From the human T2T-CHM13v2.0 reference genome, Homo sapiens, in NCBI RefSeq assembly GCF_009914755.1, contig NC_060925.1: DNA of 64,000 nt. One strand, written 5' to 3'. The position numbers were made by a program, and so were the translations under genes. Numbering within the stretch: the stretch's first letter is position 1; the number at the start of each line of letters is the position of its first letter. Below are positions 12,223 to 27,246 of the stretch, piece by piece. The notes under the pieces are model-generated. The model did not search any database and was not told the DNA's origin. It saw nothing but the letters and a program-made list of their open reading frames with translations.

Positions 12223-15200
12223 TGCACCTGATTTTATTATGACCTTTCACATGCTTTTAGAGTCTTTTCTGTGAGGCAGATCTGACTTCCCAGAACAGCT
12301 TGGTCTTTGTAAAACTTTGTTTTAGCTGCTTTCAGCCTAGCTTTGCTCCAGAACCTGTTTTTTGTGTTCCATAGTGTTGCTAATTCTGGTGGTTGTTATT
12401 GTTTGCAGTTTTTTATTTGAATTGGATAACAAAATTATGCATTAGGATTTCCAGCATTTCTGGAAAAGTCAGAAAGCACTTGTTTTGAGTTCTTGCTCAG
12501 TAGCTAATAGCTGAAACTAAAGAGGAGCTGTTGCCCTCTTTGGACAGGTAAGGATTCTCCAGTTTGCCACAGTCCCCACCACTCCGTATTGCCCCTTATT
12601 GGCTGTGCTGGTGTTTGATTGCATTGCCTTGTTGGTCCCTAGAGAAGTTTTAAAGTTATGTCATACATACAGAATAATTGCCATGAAAATAGCTGCTGCC
12701 ACAGATCCCAGACACTATGCTGAGCACAGTATGTACATGTTCTCATTTAACCCAGTGAGATAGGTATCATTATTCCCAATTTACAGACATAGAAAGTCAG
12801 GGTCAGTAAATGTCAGGATCAGAAAATGTCTTTATAAGGGTTGAATTGCATTTCAGTTTGGACATCTGCATTTTACCATGTCAGATAATGAACTCCTCTA
12901 ACTGGTTTAGGAGATGTGACTGGCTCAGTAAAGGCCTCAAATAATCACTAGGTTTTCCTCTTTTTCCACCTGCAACATATTCAAGAATGGTTAACCCTGA
13001 TCTCAAGTCATGAAGTAAGCAAAGCGTCTTTGATGTTAAAGACACTGGAATATCCTCCCCTTTCTTCCTCAGCATATCTGTCTTGAACCACACACCCATG
13101 CCAAGTGCGCAGTACTCAGATCTTCCCGCAGGGCCCAGGGACCCCACTGTGACACAGTGTCTGGGCCTCAACTCTAAGACAGCACCTCACCTTCCGGATT
13201 TTTCCCATCCCTTTTTTCTACCAAAACATCCTTTGCTGTGTCCCGTACATTCAAGCTCTTGATAAGTGACTAACTACTTAATTTGATAAGTGATTTGGGA
13301 GATAAGTGATTAACAGACTCATTTATTCTTCTAAAAATTACTTATTGAATGTCTATCCCCTCCTCTTAAAACCATATGAGGGCTACCAATTGCTCCTAAG
13401 AGACTAATGACCAAAATCCTTCATAAGGCCTAAAAGGCTTGTGAGACACTGTGTCTGCTGGCCCCTCCAGCCATCGTCTCTGCCCAGCACTCCCCCAGCC
13501 TTCTAGTTCCTCCAGCATCCCTTGTCTCCATCTACTAAGACTTTACACTAACCCCGTCCTTGGCCTGGAAAGCTCTTTCACCCCTCTTAGCTGGTAACTG
13601 CTTTTTTGTCTTTCAGGTTGCTATGAAGTCACAACTTCATCAAAATGCATTCCATGACCTCACTGACAGGTTCAAATTGCACCATGAGACATGCACTGGC
13701 ACCATGAACCTATCAGATAAAGTGTCCTGAGGGCTGCAGTCTTGCATTTATTTATTTGATGAACATACCTCTACCTCATCAGACAATGAGCTCCATGATG
13801 TCATCGTGGAGGGATTTTATCTGTTTCTAGTCGCTTTTGCTTCCCCAGTGCCTAGATGCCTAATTCATATTTGTTGAAGGGAAATGGGGTAGGGTAGAGG
13901 AGGAGGGAGGAAGAAATTTCTATCGCTTTCTACAGTTAAAATGGAGAGAATCTAAAGAACTTTCCCAAGGACACAGAGATAGTAAGTGACACAGCAGGAC
14001 ACTGAACCCAAGTTTCCAAGGCACGTTTCTTTTCCACCCTATCATAACTTTCTTCTAGGGCCTTGGCAGGCCTCTGTGTGCTGTGATAATCACACCCTGA
14101 AGATTATTATGACATTGGAGGCATGCCCGGTCTGGCTCCAGACAAGGTGGTGCATGCAATATCATGGAGCTGCAGCAGTGTCACTTAGCCACATGTAGGG
14201 CAGAATGATGCTAGGCATACCCTGACAGATCTCTGGGTGACATAAAGATGACTTCGACTTGGCGCTATCCAGGTGGATTCCTGGGGGCGCCACAACTAGA
14301 CTTAGCAGGAGTATAAGATTTAGGATAATCAGCCTGCTAGAAGAAGAAAAGCAACCATCTATTGTGCCCTTATCATATGCAAAACTCTTTAATGACACTA
14401 TTTGGTTGATTCTGACATAAGACCTTCTAAAGAGATACTATTTCCCCCATTTTACAGATGATGAAACTGAGGTCTGGAGACCGAGTTGCCCAGAGTCACA
14501 CAACTGTCAGTAGTCATGGAGGAATTAGCTTTGAAATGCAGATGTGTCTGATTTTGAGCAATTTTTATTCTGTGATGGAGCGCAGCCTCAAAATAGAACA
14601 GAATGCTCAACTACCTCATATAGAATGTGAGAAATAACCCAAGAAGTAGAAAGAATGAGAGGGAGCTGGAATGAACCATCATGGCTGGAGGTTCAGTAGA
14701 AGGTTGCTGGCCCTGGGAGCAAGGCCCAGGACCCAAGGAAGAAGGGTTGGCTGGAGCCATAGGAAGAAGGGATGCAGCCAGAACAGCACCGCAGCTGACT
14801 GAGGCAGGTGCAGAAGAAGCTCAGGCCCGGGCAGGAAAGGACCTCGCTTACTTGTTTAGAACGTTACACAAAATGCAATGCACCATCAATTCTTGGGTCA
14901 TCCCCTCCCTCTGCATTCTTTTTAGCAAAAGGAGTTATTATTTCCACTTTCTATGAAAACATTCATTTCTTCAAAATCAGATATCCTAGATCTAGAAGAA
15001 AAAAGTGGGTAAAATGAACCAGCTGTACAGTTCAAAGGAAAATATAGTGATGCGCTCTGTCCTTTGTGTTGTGTCTCTGCCGCCTGCTTCTGAGAAAGGG
15101 GCAAGAGGGGAGGAAGCACGGGTTTCCCAGGGCAAGAGTGGGGCAGGGGGCAGGGGACAACCCTCAGGAGCAGGCTTCTACTGGGCGGCTTTGGAACTCA

Positions 15201-16670
15201 TTCTGGGCTTCAGTTTCCTTGCTCTTAGAGCAGGAGCTGGATCAAACGATCTCTAAGGTCTCTTGTACTTTTGTGCTTCTCCAGCATAAGCCTGGGTGGG
15301 AGGTAGACTGAGATAAGAAGGACAGTGGTAACCAGGGGTCATCTAAGAGATGGCTTAATGGGGGATAACAGGGTAATTGAATAATAGGAGATTGTGTTTG
15401 AAACTTATCTCATCTGCATGAATTTCCACCTTGAGATTTTCTTGCATTGTCAGCCAGAAAAAAATAAATTGTAGTTTTGATAGATTGTGGGTGTTATAAT
15501 CGATTGTGGGTGTCTATAAAAGATATAGATTTTTGGTGTCAGGCCTAGGTTCACTGAGGTAGATAGCTTCCCCTCTCTGAGCACCAGGCGTGCAAGTGTA
15601 GAGTAAGGATAAGAGTACATGGCTCACAGGGCAGCTGTGGAAGGGTCAGATGAGTCTCTGTACAGAGAACACATAGCACAATGCCTGGCCAAATTCCTGC
15701 AAATGTCATCTGTCCTCCTTCCCTCAAACCTCTTCTCCTCCTACTGCGGAGGGGAGCACCCGAACTGGAGAATAGAGTTAAACTAGTTCAAATTCTTCAA
15801 GAGTATAGTAAGTGCTCAAATGTGATTTGTCCAGTTCTTTCATATATAATATTCACAACAATCACATGGACCAGGTATTGCTATTCTGTTATACCGATGA
15901 GGAAACTGAAGGTCAGGGTTGTCTTCAGGTCATAAATAGAACTGAGATTTGAAACTCAGTCCAGTCTACTGAATCCAACCCCAAATACTCTTGTCACAGA
16001 CTGAAAGCTACACATCAGGGGCAGATGCGGTGGCGGAGAATCCACTGGGAGAGGCTTCTGCTTGGGAGTTGCTCCAGAAAGCCCTACTGGTTTATGCAAT
16101 CAGACATGATCCACCCCCATGTTCTTAGGCAGCCCTGGTGCCAGGGCCTTCTCACCCTTCATTCTAGCTGAAATGGAACCAGCATCACTGTCTCCCTATG
16201 CAAGGGGATCTCTCAACTTCCTCCTGTGGTTTGTCAAGTCTTTTATATCATGACCACTCCAATTCATCAAAGCGTTCATGCTTATTTTGTGCCTCAGTGT
16301 TTCACAATGATTTCACTCACTCCTGTTAGGTGAGTGGAGACAGCATTATTTTCCTCATGTTGAGGTTGGGAGCAGGCTCAGAGCAGGCTCAGGGAGCTTC
16401 CATCACTTGATGGAGGCCCCACAGCAGGGCCCGTGTGGGCAGCCCAGGACTCTGCACTCATGGCGCCTGCCACTGCAGAAGACGCCCTTCACCAGCCACT
16501 GGGTCTCAACAGTGTGGCTCCGGCAGGCCTCTCAGTGGGTTTGTGTCACCCAAAGGCTGATGAAGAACAGGGGGGTGGGGTGGCAGTGAGAAAGCACTTG
16601 GGAATTCAGTGATAACAAGGTCACCCATTCTCTCTCTGTCAGCAACTGATAGTGACAGTTGTAATAGTGA

Positions 16671-17483
16671 CAGGCAGACCTGGATGGAAATCCTGGTTCC
16701 ACCACTGACTAGCAATGTAACCTTAACCATGTTACTACTACACTTCCATGAGCTTCTGTTTTTCCATCTGTATAGTGGGACTAATACTACTTACCTACTC
16801 CTACTGAAGGGTGAGACGCAGCAGGCAATGCGCTTAGCACAGGGCCTGGAACATAGTAAATGCTCAGTGGTAATAGTGCATAGTCTTCCTTAAACTTGCA
16901 GTGACATTTATTTCACCATGATTAGCAGCTGAGGCTGTGGGGTGACATCAGGGTGATGAGTCACTTTGTCTGGCTGGGTCTTACATCCGGGGCGATGTTC
17001 TGTTGCATCCACCACCCTCCCCTGCCCCAGCTCAGGGCCCTAACAGTCTAGCAGGGCTGGGACTTTCTGAAAGGCTCCCCTGACCACACCAGTTCCTCAG
17101 GAAGCCTCTCAACCCCAGCTTCAGCTCTACTGACATCGCCTTACTTCCCTTTAACCCCTTTTGAGGCCCAGTTTAGAATCTGTATCTCAGCCAGAGCTCT
17201 TTCCATGCCAGCTTTGTCCACGCTGTTTACTCCTGGATAGTTCTCAGGCCCAGCCATATACCAACCCAGTGCCTGCAGTCAGGCAGACCTGGATGGAAAT
17301 CCTGGTTCTACCACTGACTAGCAATGTAACCTTAACCATGTTACTACTACACTTCTATGAGCTTCTGTTTTTCCATCTATATAGTGGGACTAATACTACT
17401 TACCTACTCCCACTGAAGGGTGAGACGCAGCAGGCAATGCACTTAGCACAGGGCCTGGAACATAGTAAATGCTCAGTGGTAAT
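16671..17483 (+). repeat. 204-bp direct duplication of a MIR (16671-16874 and 17280-17483)
   Basis: 5 mismatches, no indels by eye. Confidence 0.95.
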
Positions 17484-17585
17484 TCCAGCACTTTGGGAGG
17501 CTGAGGCGGTCAGATCACTTGAGTCCAGGAGTTCAAGACCAGCCTGAGCAACATAGTGAGACTCTGTCATAAAAGAAAAAAAGAA
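17480..17585 (+). mobile_element. 5'-truncated Alu monomer (FLAM-like)
   Basis: taattccagcactttgggaggctgagg...gagactctgtc followed by an A-rich tail. Confidence 0.85.
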
Positions 17586-17597
17586 ATTGCTCAATGA

Positions 17598-18071
<474 letters not shown>

Positions 18072-18467
18072 TTCTGGACAATTTTTAATTGTACTTTGAA
18101 ACTTTCATTTACTCTGTTAAGTGATTTATGACAGCAAAATGTCAATATTTGTAACATTTTTCTGTCTTACCCAACAGGACAGGGAATGGAAGCTGACAGG
18201 CTAGCTGCAAAAATTAATTAAAGCAATGAATTATTTTTTTAAACACAAAAATGGGGAAAAGGTGCAAATAGGCAATTCATAGAACAAGTTCATATGATCA
18301 AAAACGTATGAAAAGATTTTAGATTAGTAATCAGAGTAATGTTTAAATTTAAGTAGCAATGAGATATTTCTTTACTTCTATCAGAATGATCAAGATTTAG
18401 AAAGACGAATATCTATTGCTAATGGGAATGTAGGGAAAAAGTTACTTTAATAATTGTTCTTGGATGT

Positions 18468-18868
18468 TGTCTTAGTTCATTTTCTGTTGCTATAACTAAA
18501 TACCTGAGACTGGGTAATTTATAAAGAAAAAAAATAATTTCTCATATATTGGAGGCTGGGAAGTCCAAGGTCAAGTGGCCAGTTGGTGAGAGCTTTCCTG
18601 CTGGTGGGAACTCTGTAGAGTCCTGAGGTGGCACAGAGCATCACACAGTGAGGGGGCCCAAGAGAGAGCCAAACAGGCTTTTATAACAGAGCCACTCCTG
18701 CAATGACTAACCCACTCCTGTGATAACACATTAGCCCAGTAATCCATTCATAAGAGCAAAGCTGTCATGACCCAATCACCTCTTAAAGGCTCCACCTCTT
18801 AATACTGTTACAGTGGGGATTAAGTTTCAACATGAGTTTCATAGGAGACACACATTTAAACCATAGCA
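18468..18868 (-). mobile_element. MaLR solo LTR (MSTC/MSTD-like)
   Basis: tgtcttagttcattttctgttgctataac...cacatttaaaccatagca termini. Confidence 0.8.
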
Positions 18869-18909
18869 GGTATTATAGCCTTTTTGGAAAGCAATCTGGC
18901 AATATCTAT

Positions 18910-19339
18910 TATATAGTTTGGATATGTGTCCTCTCTAAATCTCATGTTGAAATGTAATCCTCAGCATTAGAGGTGGGGCCTCGTGGGAGGTGACTGGATC
19001 ATGGGGGTGGATTTCTTATAAATGGTTTAGCACCATCCCCTCAGTGCTGTCTTCACGATAGTGAGAGAGTTCTCCCAAAATCTGGTTGTTTAAAAGTGTG
19101 TGGCACCCTCCCCCGACATGCTCCTGCTCTTGCTGGGTGACATGTCTGCTACTGCTTCACCTTCTGCCATGAGTAAAACTCCCTGAGGCCTCGTCAAAAG
19201 TAAAAGCTCCCTGAGGACAAGCAGATGCCCGCACCTTGCTTGTACAGCCTGCAGAACCATGAGCCAATTAAACCTGTTTTCTTTATAAATTACCCAGCCT
19301 CAGGTATTTCTTTATAACAAAGCAAGAATAGCCTAACAC
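18910..19339 (+). mobile_element. MaLR solo LTR (MSTB-like)
   Basis: atagtttggatatgtgtcc...gagccaattaaacc...gcctaacac. Confidence 0.82.
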
Positions 19340-19360
19340 GATCTATTAAAATTGAAGTTT

Positions 19361-19535
19361 CCGGAAGTGGTGGCCATGTGCCTTTAGTCCCAGCTACTGG
19401 GGAGACTGAGGCAAGGGGATCATTGAGCACAGGAGTTCAAGGCTCCAGTGAGGTATGATTGCGTTTATGAATAGCCATTACACTCCAGCCTATGGGCAAC
19501 ATAGTGAGACCCTGTCTCTGAAAAAAAGAAAATTA
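19361..19535 (+). mobile_element. Alu monomer (FRAM-like)
   Basis: tagtcccagctact...gagaccctgtctc followed by an A tail. Confidence 0.75.
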
Positions 19536-19763
19536 AATTAAAAATACATACACTTTTTGACTTAGCATTTCTATTCATGGGAATCTACCCCATAGGAATA
19601 CCTAAATGTGTGGCTATATAAACGAGGATGTATAATAAATTACCGTTTATGGTAGAAAACAAACAAAACCTAGAAGCAAAGCAAACGTTCTTCAAAAGAA
19701 GAATGGTTGAATATATTTAGACTTGCCAAGAAATATGCTGCAGCCATTAAAAAATAAATTGGA

Positions 19764-19925
19764 GGCTGGATGCAGTGGAACATGCCTGTAATTCCAGCAC
19801 TTTGGAGAGGCTGAGGCAGATGGATCATTTGAGCTCAGGAGTTTAAAACCAGTCTGGGGAACATGGCAAGACCCCGTCTCTACTAAAAATACAAAAAAAA
19901 AAAAAAATAGCCGGGCATGGTTGTA
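19764..19925 (+). mobile_element. Alu left arm, truncated into AT-rich low-complexity DNA
   Basis: Left monomer plus linker, then TA-rich sequence to ~20110. Confidence 0.8.
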
Positions 19926-22729
19926 TGTAATTACTAATTACATAGTAATTATATATTATATATTTAAAAAATGATTATATATTAATATATATTTTCTACT
20001 TACATCTACTCATACACATACTTTTACACTTATGTGTTATGTATTAATGTAAAAGTATATTATTGTGAGCAGATGTAAGAAAAATTTTAAATTATGTATA
20101 TATATCTTAAATATTTTTGTTAACCTAAAACATAGAAATACACATTGCTTCACTAAGGTTTTGACATAGTCAAAGTCTTTTCATTGAAACTAAGTATATT
20201 TTTCAGAGTTCTTCCTTATTCTTTCATACAAAAATCACGCCCTTAATGCATTGTCTACAATTTCTAATTTCAGTTTCTGTGGAGTGGAGCGAGAGCTTAG
20301 ATACTTGCAAAGCAATTTTAGTACAGAAACCTTATAGATGTGGTACTTTTCCCACTATCTTTTCAGCTGTCTTGCTTGTACTCAATCCACTAATCTCATT
20401 TTAGCATCTCTCCTTTATTAAGTCTTTGTAAAACTGTCAACTTGTTTCTTATAAAAACAATAACTTTCTTTTGCATTCACACTTCACCAGCTTACGTGAC
20501 AATGTTAAAGTATACCTAATAGAATAGATTCTTGGGAACAAACACATCTCATTGTAGGCAACATTCATGTCAGCAGGTAGCCACCATTGTCTGTGGCATC
20601 CTGGAAGGCATGGGCATCCTTCTGGCCTGAGCATTCAGTGAGCCCCGGGTCATGTAACCTGCTGAGTCAGTTCCTAGTAGCAGCACTGAAAATCCTCATG
20701 TGCCATGAGTTGATGAGTGGGTAACTAGCCTGTCAGGATATACCCAGCTCTCTGATTTTACTGTTATTCTATGATGAAAATATCTAGGGTTGCGTGTGGG
20801 CATGGGCTGGGAGGCATGGAGGATTACATCCTCCTTTTTCAAATACGTTGTGTAGCATTTTGCTAATGTGGCAAAGTTTGTGATGAGTGGCATGGCTTGG
20901 GTAGGGTAGACAGCATACTACAATCCTGTCTTGGGAGCAGCAAGGCAGTGCTGGGACAGGACTATGACCCAGATTCATATCTCCTAGTCACTGCTAGGTG
21001 ACTGTGGGCATGTCGTCTCAACTCAGTACATCTGTTCTCTTGTCTTCAAAATGGGGTGATGCTATCTGATTCACCAAGATGTTTTGAGACTCAAATAAGA
21101 TAAACATTTTTTAAAGTATTTGCCACAATGACAGGGCCATCAGAGTTGCTTTCATACCTACACACCCTGTGTACACTTGTAGCAATGAGATGGAGTGAGG
21201 GACTCCATTTCTATGACAAGCAGCAAGGTTCCTGGGGAAGAGCCTACTCTTTGGAGGTAGGCAGAGGAGATCTGGATACTGCTTTCACCAGCAGCCCATT
21301 GCACATCCTTGGGCAACTCACTTAATCTCACTGAATTTTAGTTGTGTCACCCAGGAATAATAGTAGGAAAATTCCATCTAGCTTGAGCTATTGTGGTGAG
21401 GATTAAATAGAGGTTATGGGATCAAAGGTGTCTGGAACACAGGAGAGGTGGAATAGATTTTATCCTTGTAGGTATGACTCAGTCCACAAACTAAGATCTG
21501 AAAAAAAATAATGCCCTCTAGTTTCTATGACTCAACTTATTTCTGATTCTAAGTTCCCATTTCTCTTGGTTGGTGAAGAATTTAAACCCCACCCTTTTCT
21601 GGGGAGCCCGCTGCCCTTGCACTGTGGACTATGACTTCACATTATGAAGTAGGGTGGGGATTTGCCCTTGATCTTCAATCTACACAGCTTAAGGCCAGAT
21701 GTGCTTTGCCCTGTCTTCCTGTCCTGTGTCTCTCTTGCTCCCAGGACATGTTCAAAGCACACAATTATCCCCACAGCTTGAGTTCAGAGGCAGGAAACAA
21801 ATGAGTGCAAGAAAATAGGGAGGAGTAGAGCTTGTGAACTGCAGAGAGATGCCCATCTAAAGGCATATCATTTTTTTTTTAAGTTTAATACTGTGAGAGC
21901 CAAAAAAAACATGCCTGTGGGCTGACTGGGCACATGAGCCTCTTCACTGGTCTGCGAATGTGCAGGGCCTGCTCTCACTTCAGGGCCTCTACTGGGAATC
22001 CCCATCCTGGGATCCCATCTGTGACCCCTTGACAGCTCTGCTGGAGGGTCCCTCAGTGAGGTCTTTCCTTGTCCCTTCCTACACTCCCCACCCCCTTCCC
22101 TGTTTTATTCTTCTCTATGGCTCTTAGTGCTGTGGTTTCCTTATTTACCCTGGTTAATGTCTATCTCTATCCACTAGAATGCAAGCCCCAAGTAGGCAGT
22201 CAAGAACTATGTGTTGAATGAATGGGTGGATGGATGGATGACTTCATCGTGAAATGAGACACTCACCTTAGGCAGAAATTGCAAGGGCAACATCAAAAAC
22301 CTCAGTAATCAAGATCAATAATATTTTAATGCAATTTTTTTTAGTCACAGTGCAAAAAATCTGTGATAAACAAACTATCAAATTTTTAAATAAAGGCACA
22401 TCCAAAAGAAGTTGCAAGTGAGCTAAAGTTAATTTAAAAATATTTAAAATCATCACTTGTTCAAGAAAAAATTCTCAAACATGACAATGTTCTCAACTGA
22501 AAACAAAACAAGAAGTAGACTTTGAAGGTTTTACTAATGAGTGTTCTTCCATCAAAGCCAGGAAAGTAACATTCTAATAAATTCTTGGGCTTTGTTTGTT
22601 TGTTTGTTTGGTATAAGTAAAATAATTTAAACTTAATATAAAGTTTTAATGTACCTACTTTTCAACTTTCCAACTTTTTTTATGCTACCTCAATGTTCTG
22701 GAAAAAATTAACCGATTAAAATACATCAA

Positions 22730-22880
22730 GGCCAGGTGTATGTTTCACACCTGTAATCCGAGGCACTTTGGGAGGCCGAGGCGGGAGTATCTCTTGAGCC
22801 CAGGATTCAAGGCTAGCCTGGGCAACATAACAAGAACCTGTTTTTATATTTTTTTAAAGTAAAAAAAAAAAATTTAAAAA
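22730..22880 (+). mobile_element. Alu monomer (FLAM-like)
   Basis: ggccaggtgta...cctgtaatcc...ggcaacataacaag. Confidence 0.8.
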
Positions 22881-23994
22881 GGGAAATGCATCAAGACCTG
22901 TACCACAGAGGCCCACGTTTTTCTTTTGCTCCAGGCTACATGTGGGTTGCCGGGGCAATGGTTCTCAGCAGATGCATGCTGATGAAGCGGTATCATGAGC
23001 CATCCCTCCCAAGCCAACCGCTGTAATGTTCACAGCCTGAATTGCTTTCATCTACAGCAGTGAGAGGTGTGGGATTTCAGGAGCCTGTTGAGGGAGACTG
23101 CCTCTTTGGGGGTGCTTCTCAGTCATCCCCAAATCAAGCCATGTGGGCCTACTCCAATGAGGACTAGTTTTTCCTTTGCATGGAAGGATCTTGAAAAAGA
23201 AAAAGAATTGTTGAGATCAAGAAGAGGAAAGGCTTGGGGAGACAGGAAGGACTGTACCTCATTTTCTAGGTATCAGATGTCAACACAGGTGGCTTGGGCA
23301 ATCCACACATTTGTTCACATTGAATTTACTTCTGCCATTATCCACCACTCCCGCTCTGACCCAGAGGTGCCTCCCAAAACGCCCAGCACCACAAGCCCTC
23401 ACCAGGTGCTGGGCTGCAGCTAGGCTCCAGCTGCATAGCCCAGAAGCCAGTGCCATCTTCCCCAGGCTGGTGCCACTCTACACTAGGAGTGGTTGTTGGG
23501 AGGCACCCTGGTGTTGTGGAAAAGCACTGGAGTGGAGACCAGGGTATTGGGGCTCCTGCCACGAACTAGCTATAAGACCTTGGTCCAATTACCTTCCCTA
23601 TCACAGTCCAAGTTTTCTTGTCTGTCTGACGAGGCCTCTGAGGACCCATCTAGCTTTAAGAGTCTAGAGGCAGAGTTCAGCTTAGTATTTGATGTATTTG
23701 CTACATGCTCAACGTAAGTGGTTAAAAGCGAATGACCTCTTTAGAGAATACCTAAATTAAAGATAGACTCTTTCTTGGAGGAAACACAAAACAAAACTTG
23801 GAGAAGACTTTCGGAGGGCTCCCTACTATATGTGGAAGATTGACTGCACACATTTATCTTCTTACATTATAGCTTGATGGTTAAGAGGCTTCTGGGGCTA
23901 CACTGCCTGGGGTTGAATCCTGGCTCTGCCACTTATAACTGACCTGAGGCAAGTCTCTGTCCATCTCTTCATTTGCAAAACAAAGAACTGAGAA

Positions 23995-24147
23995 TAGCGT
24001 GATAAGGTGGCTGTCTGCAAGCGAAGAAGAGAGCCCTCACCAGGAACTGAATTGGCCAGCACCTTGTTCTTGGACTTTCCAGCCTCTAGAACTATGAGAA
24101 GTAAACATCTGTTTAAGACAGCCAGCACCATCCAAACAGACTAATAC
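23995..24147 (+). mobile_element. MLT1A-like LTR 3' fragment
   Basis: gagccctcaccaggaactgaattggccagcaccttgttcttggacttt...actaataca. Confidence 0.7.
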
Positions 24148-24601
24148 AAATGAAGAGACTGGTTTTAGGAGGAGCAAGGAGAGTGTATCCTGGATTAACA
24201 GGAGGAGAGGCAAAGTGCAGTGGTGCTGAGAGAGCTGGGTGTGTAGGTGTGATGGAAGTGTGAGGGAGGTATCTTCTGAATGCTATTTTTTTCAGAAAGT
24301 TGAGAAGCAAAGTGATCAGTTGAGAGTGAGGACACAGGATTGAAGATCTAGGAAGAGAAGTGAGGAGACAGTGACAAAGCAATGTAATGAGGACATTTGA
24401 GAAACACTACAAATCTGCCAAATGTTTGAAGTAATTAAAGAGAAACTAATCAGCTTGGTGTTAGATTTTTCTCCAGGCATGTTCAGCAGTTTGGATGCAG
24501 AGAGGAAACTGGTAGAGGTAACTATAACCATGGTTGGGACTTGGCAAAATGAGAATGGCAAAGCGAGAGAGGAAAAGAGTGATAGTAAAGGAGTAATTGT
24601 A

Positions 24602-25255
<654 letters not shown>

Positions 25256-26148
25256 CTAAGCCAGGTAAGAGGAAGAGTGAGAACTTGAAGGGGTTCAGGG
25301 CCAGGGAACAGGTAGCAAGGTCACTGGCTTGTAGGTTCTAGTGGGGTTGAAGAATGTTTGGCGCTGGAGCCCCCAAGGGGGTGATGCGGAAGATGCGAAG
25401 TAGGGACTAGCGAAGTGAGATGCTTGTTACAGAGACTATTCGGGGATGCTGCAGTTATAGGTCAGCAGTATGGCTATGGGGTGGCTAGCTGAAAAAGGGA
25501 GAAGAAAAGACCATGCGAGGGTATTAGATTTGTAGATTTTGAAAGCATTCAAAATCTGGAAGAAGTGATGTCAGGGAGAAGACTTTGACATAGTGCTAAA
25601 ACCTCCAAGGGATAGGGAATAACAAAGATAACCAGAACAAGGGATGTCAGGTGGTGATGATTAGCTGGCATGAGCATCAAAGCCGAGGAAGGAGCACTGG
25701 TCTGCAGGCAGAGAAGAGCAAGGAGGACGTCTTCTTTCCCCTAGGCCCTGAATACAAGGGATGCAGGAAAGAACACAGCTACCCCTTGAGAGGCTGTGGG
25801 AGGCAGCATCCCCAGGGAGAGCTGGGTTTCGATTAGAACAGCGAAGCAAAGGAGGCATTCACAGAAGAGGACATCAGGGATGTCGCTGCTGATGGATGGG
25901 GGCAGAAAGTGGGGCATTACAGAGCTGCATGGGACAGAAGTCTCCAGGGGAGTCATGGGCTTCCTACAGGGTCTGGGATAAAGGGTTTGACAAGATTAGT
26001 CTGAGACAGGATAGGAATCCATGCCACATGGAGATGGGGGGAGCTGGGGAGATGTGGGTCTTCCCAGAAGCACTCTGGGCTCCTTTCCCACTCTTGCTGA
26101 GGCCTGTGGGAGCTCAGATGCAGGCTGTTCTAGAGAGAACACATGTAG

Positions 26149-26399
<251 letters not shown>

Positions 26400-26957
26400 A
26401 CAGGCCCATCTTGGAGTCAAGAAATATTGATTTCTTCCTTCAGCCTGGAGACTCTCATGTGACAGGAATTCCAGGGACAGTGCAGGCACAAGCTAAAGCG
26501 TCTATGTATTGACTTGGGTTTACATGGCTGCCAGAGGCAACTGGCACCGTCCACCACTTCAGGAGTGGCTGCCACTCTGTATTTGTTATGACTACGGTTT
26601 TCCAGCTACTGTCTGCTGTTGACCTCCCAATGTGACAGCTAACCAATGCAACAAACTAAGTAGGCTAATTAATGGCAGCGAGAGAAGTCTCCCTGCCCCA
26701 CCTGTGTTATACAACTGCACTGGATGGTGGTGATCTGCTCTTTTCAAAAGCAGCTAGAAGTAAAGACCCATGTGTTCACTTGCCTCGTACTGACAGCAGT
26801 GGAACCCAGTGAGGGACAGTACTTTTCTCCCTCACTCCATGAATGACCCTACAATGAATTATTTTTCCCCTAAAGCAAGGGAGAAAGAGTATAGATTTTA
26901 AAAGGGTATGTGACCCTTATTTTTCTATCTTAGGAAAACAGTAGCCAAACCACCTAG

Positions 26958-27236
26958 TCACTTGTGTACATATTTACATTTATTTACAAAAGTATCTACA
27001 TCATCAGTAAAAACAATTTACTGACAAAAAAAGCAAGCACCTAGTCATATAATAAGTTGATGACAGCCAAAACTAATGCTTGTTCTTTGTTAGTGGGTAT
27101 TTCTTCTTAAAGCAGCTGCTTCAAGTTACATTTCCAACAGTTGTTCAAAAATTGTAATACTCAAATGAGAAATCAGATGGCTTTTTAGTTTTTAAAATAA
27201 TTTAGTTATGCTGTTGTCTTCATCTTCTGTTACCAA
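26958..27236 (-). other. CD58: CD58 3' UTR (3' end approximate)
   Basis: AU-rich sequence after the TGA, leading to AATAAA at 26984-26979. Confidence 0.8.
26979..26984 (-). terminator. CD58: Main CD58 polyadenylation signal AATAAA
   Basis: tttatt on the + strand, ~250 nt after the stop codon. Confidence 0.8.
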
Positions 27237-27246
27237 TCAATTGGAG
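27237..27246 (-). CDS. CD58: CD58 exon 6 coding part (..N-S-N-stop)
   Basis: T-rich acceptor ...tttttgtag|CTCCAATTGA completes RTNSN*, the end of the 250-aa isoform. Confidence 0.95.

Noticed and set aside
15483-15520. Short direct repeats (gattgtgggtgt x2; agcaggctcag x2 near 16371; cacctagtca x2 near the CD58 3' end)
   Set aside because: Ordinary slippage-scale or chance repeats. No CRISPR-like or larger array exists in the window.
19925-20110. AT-rich, partly self-complementary tract
   Set aside because: Low-complexity TA sequence with no specific structure.
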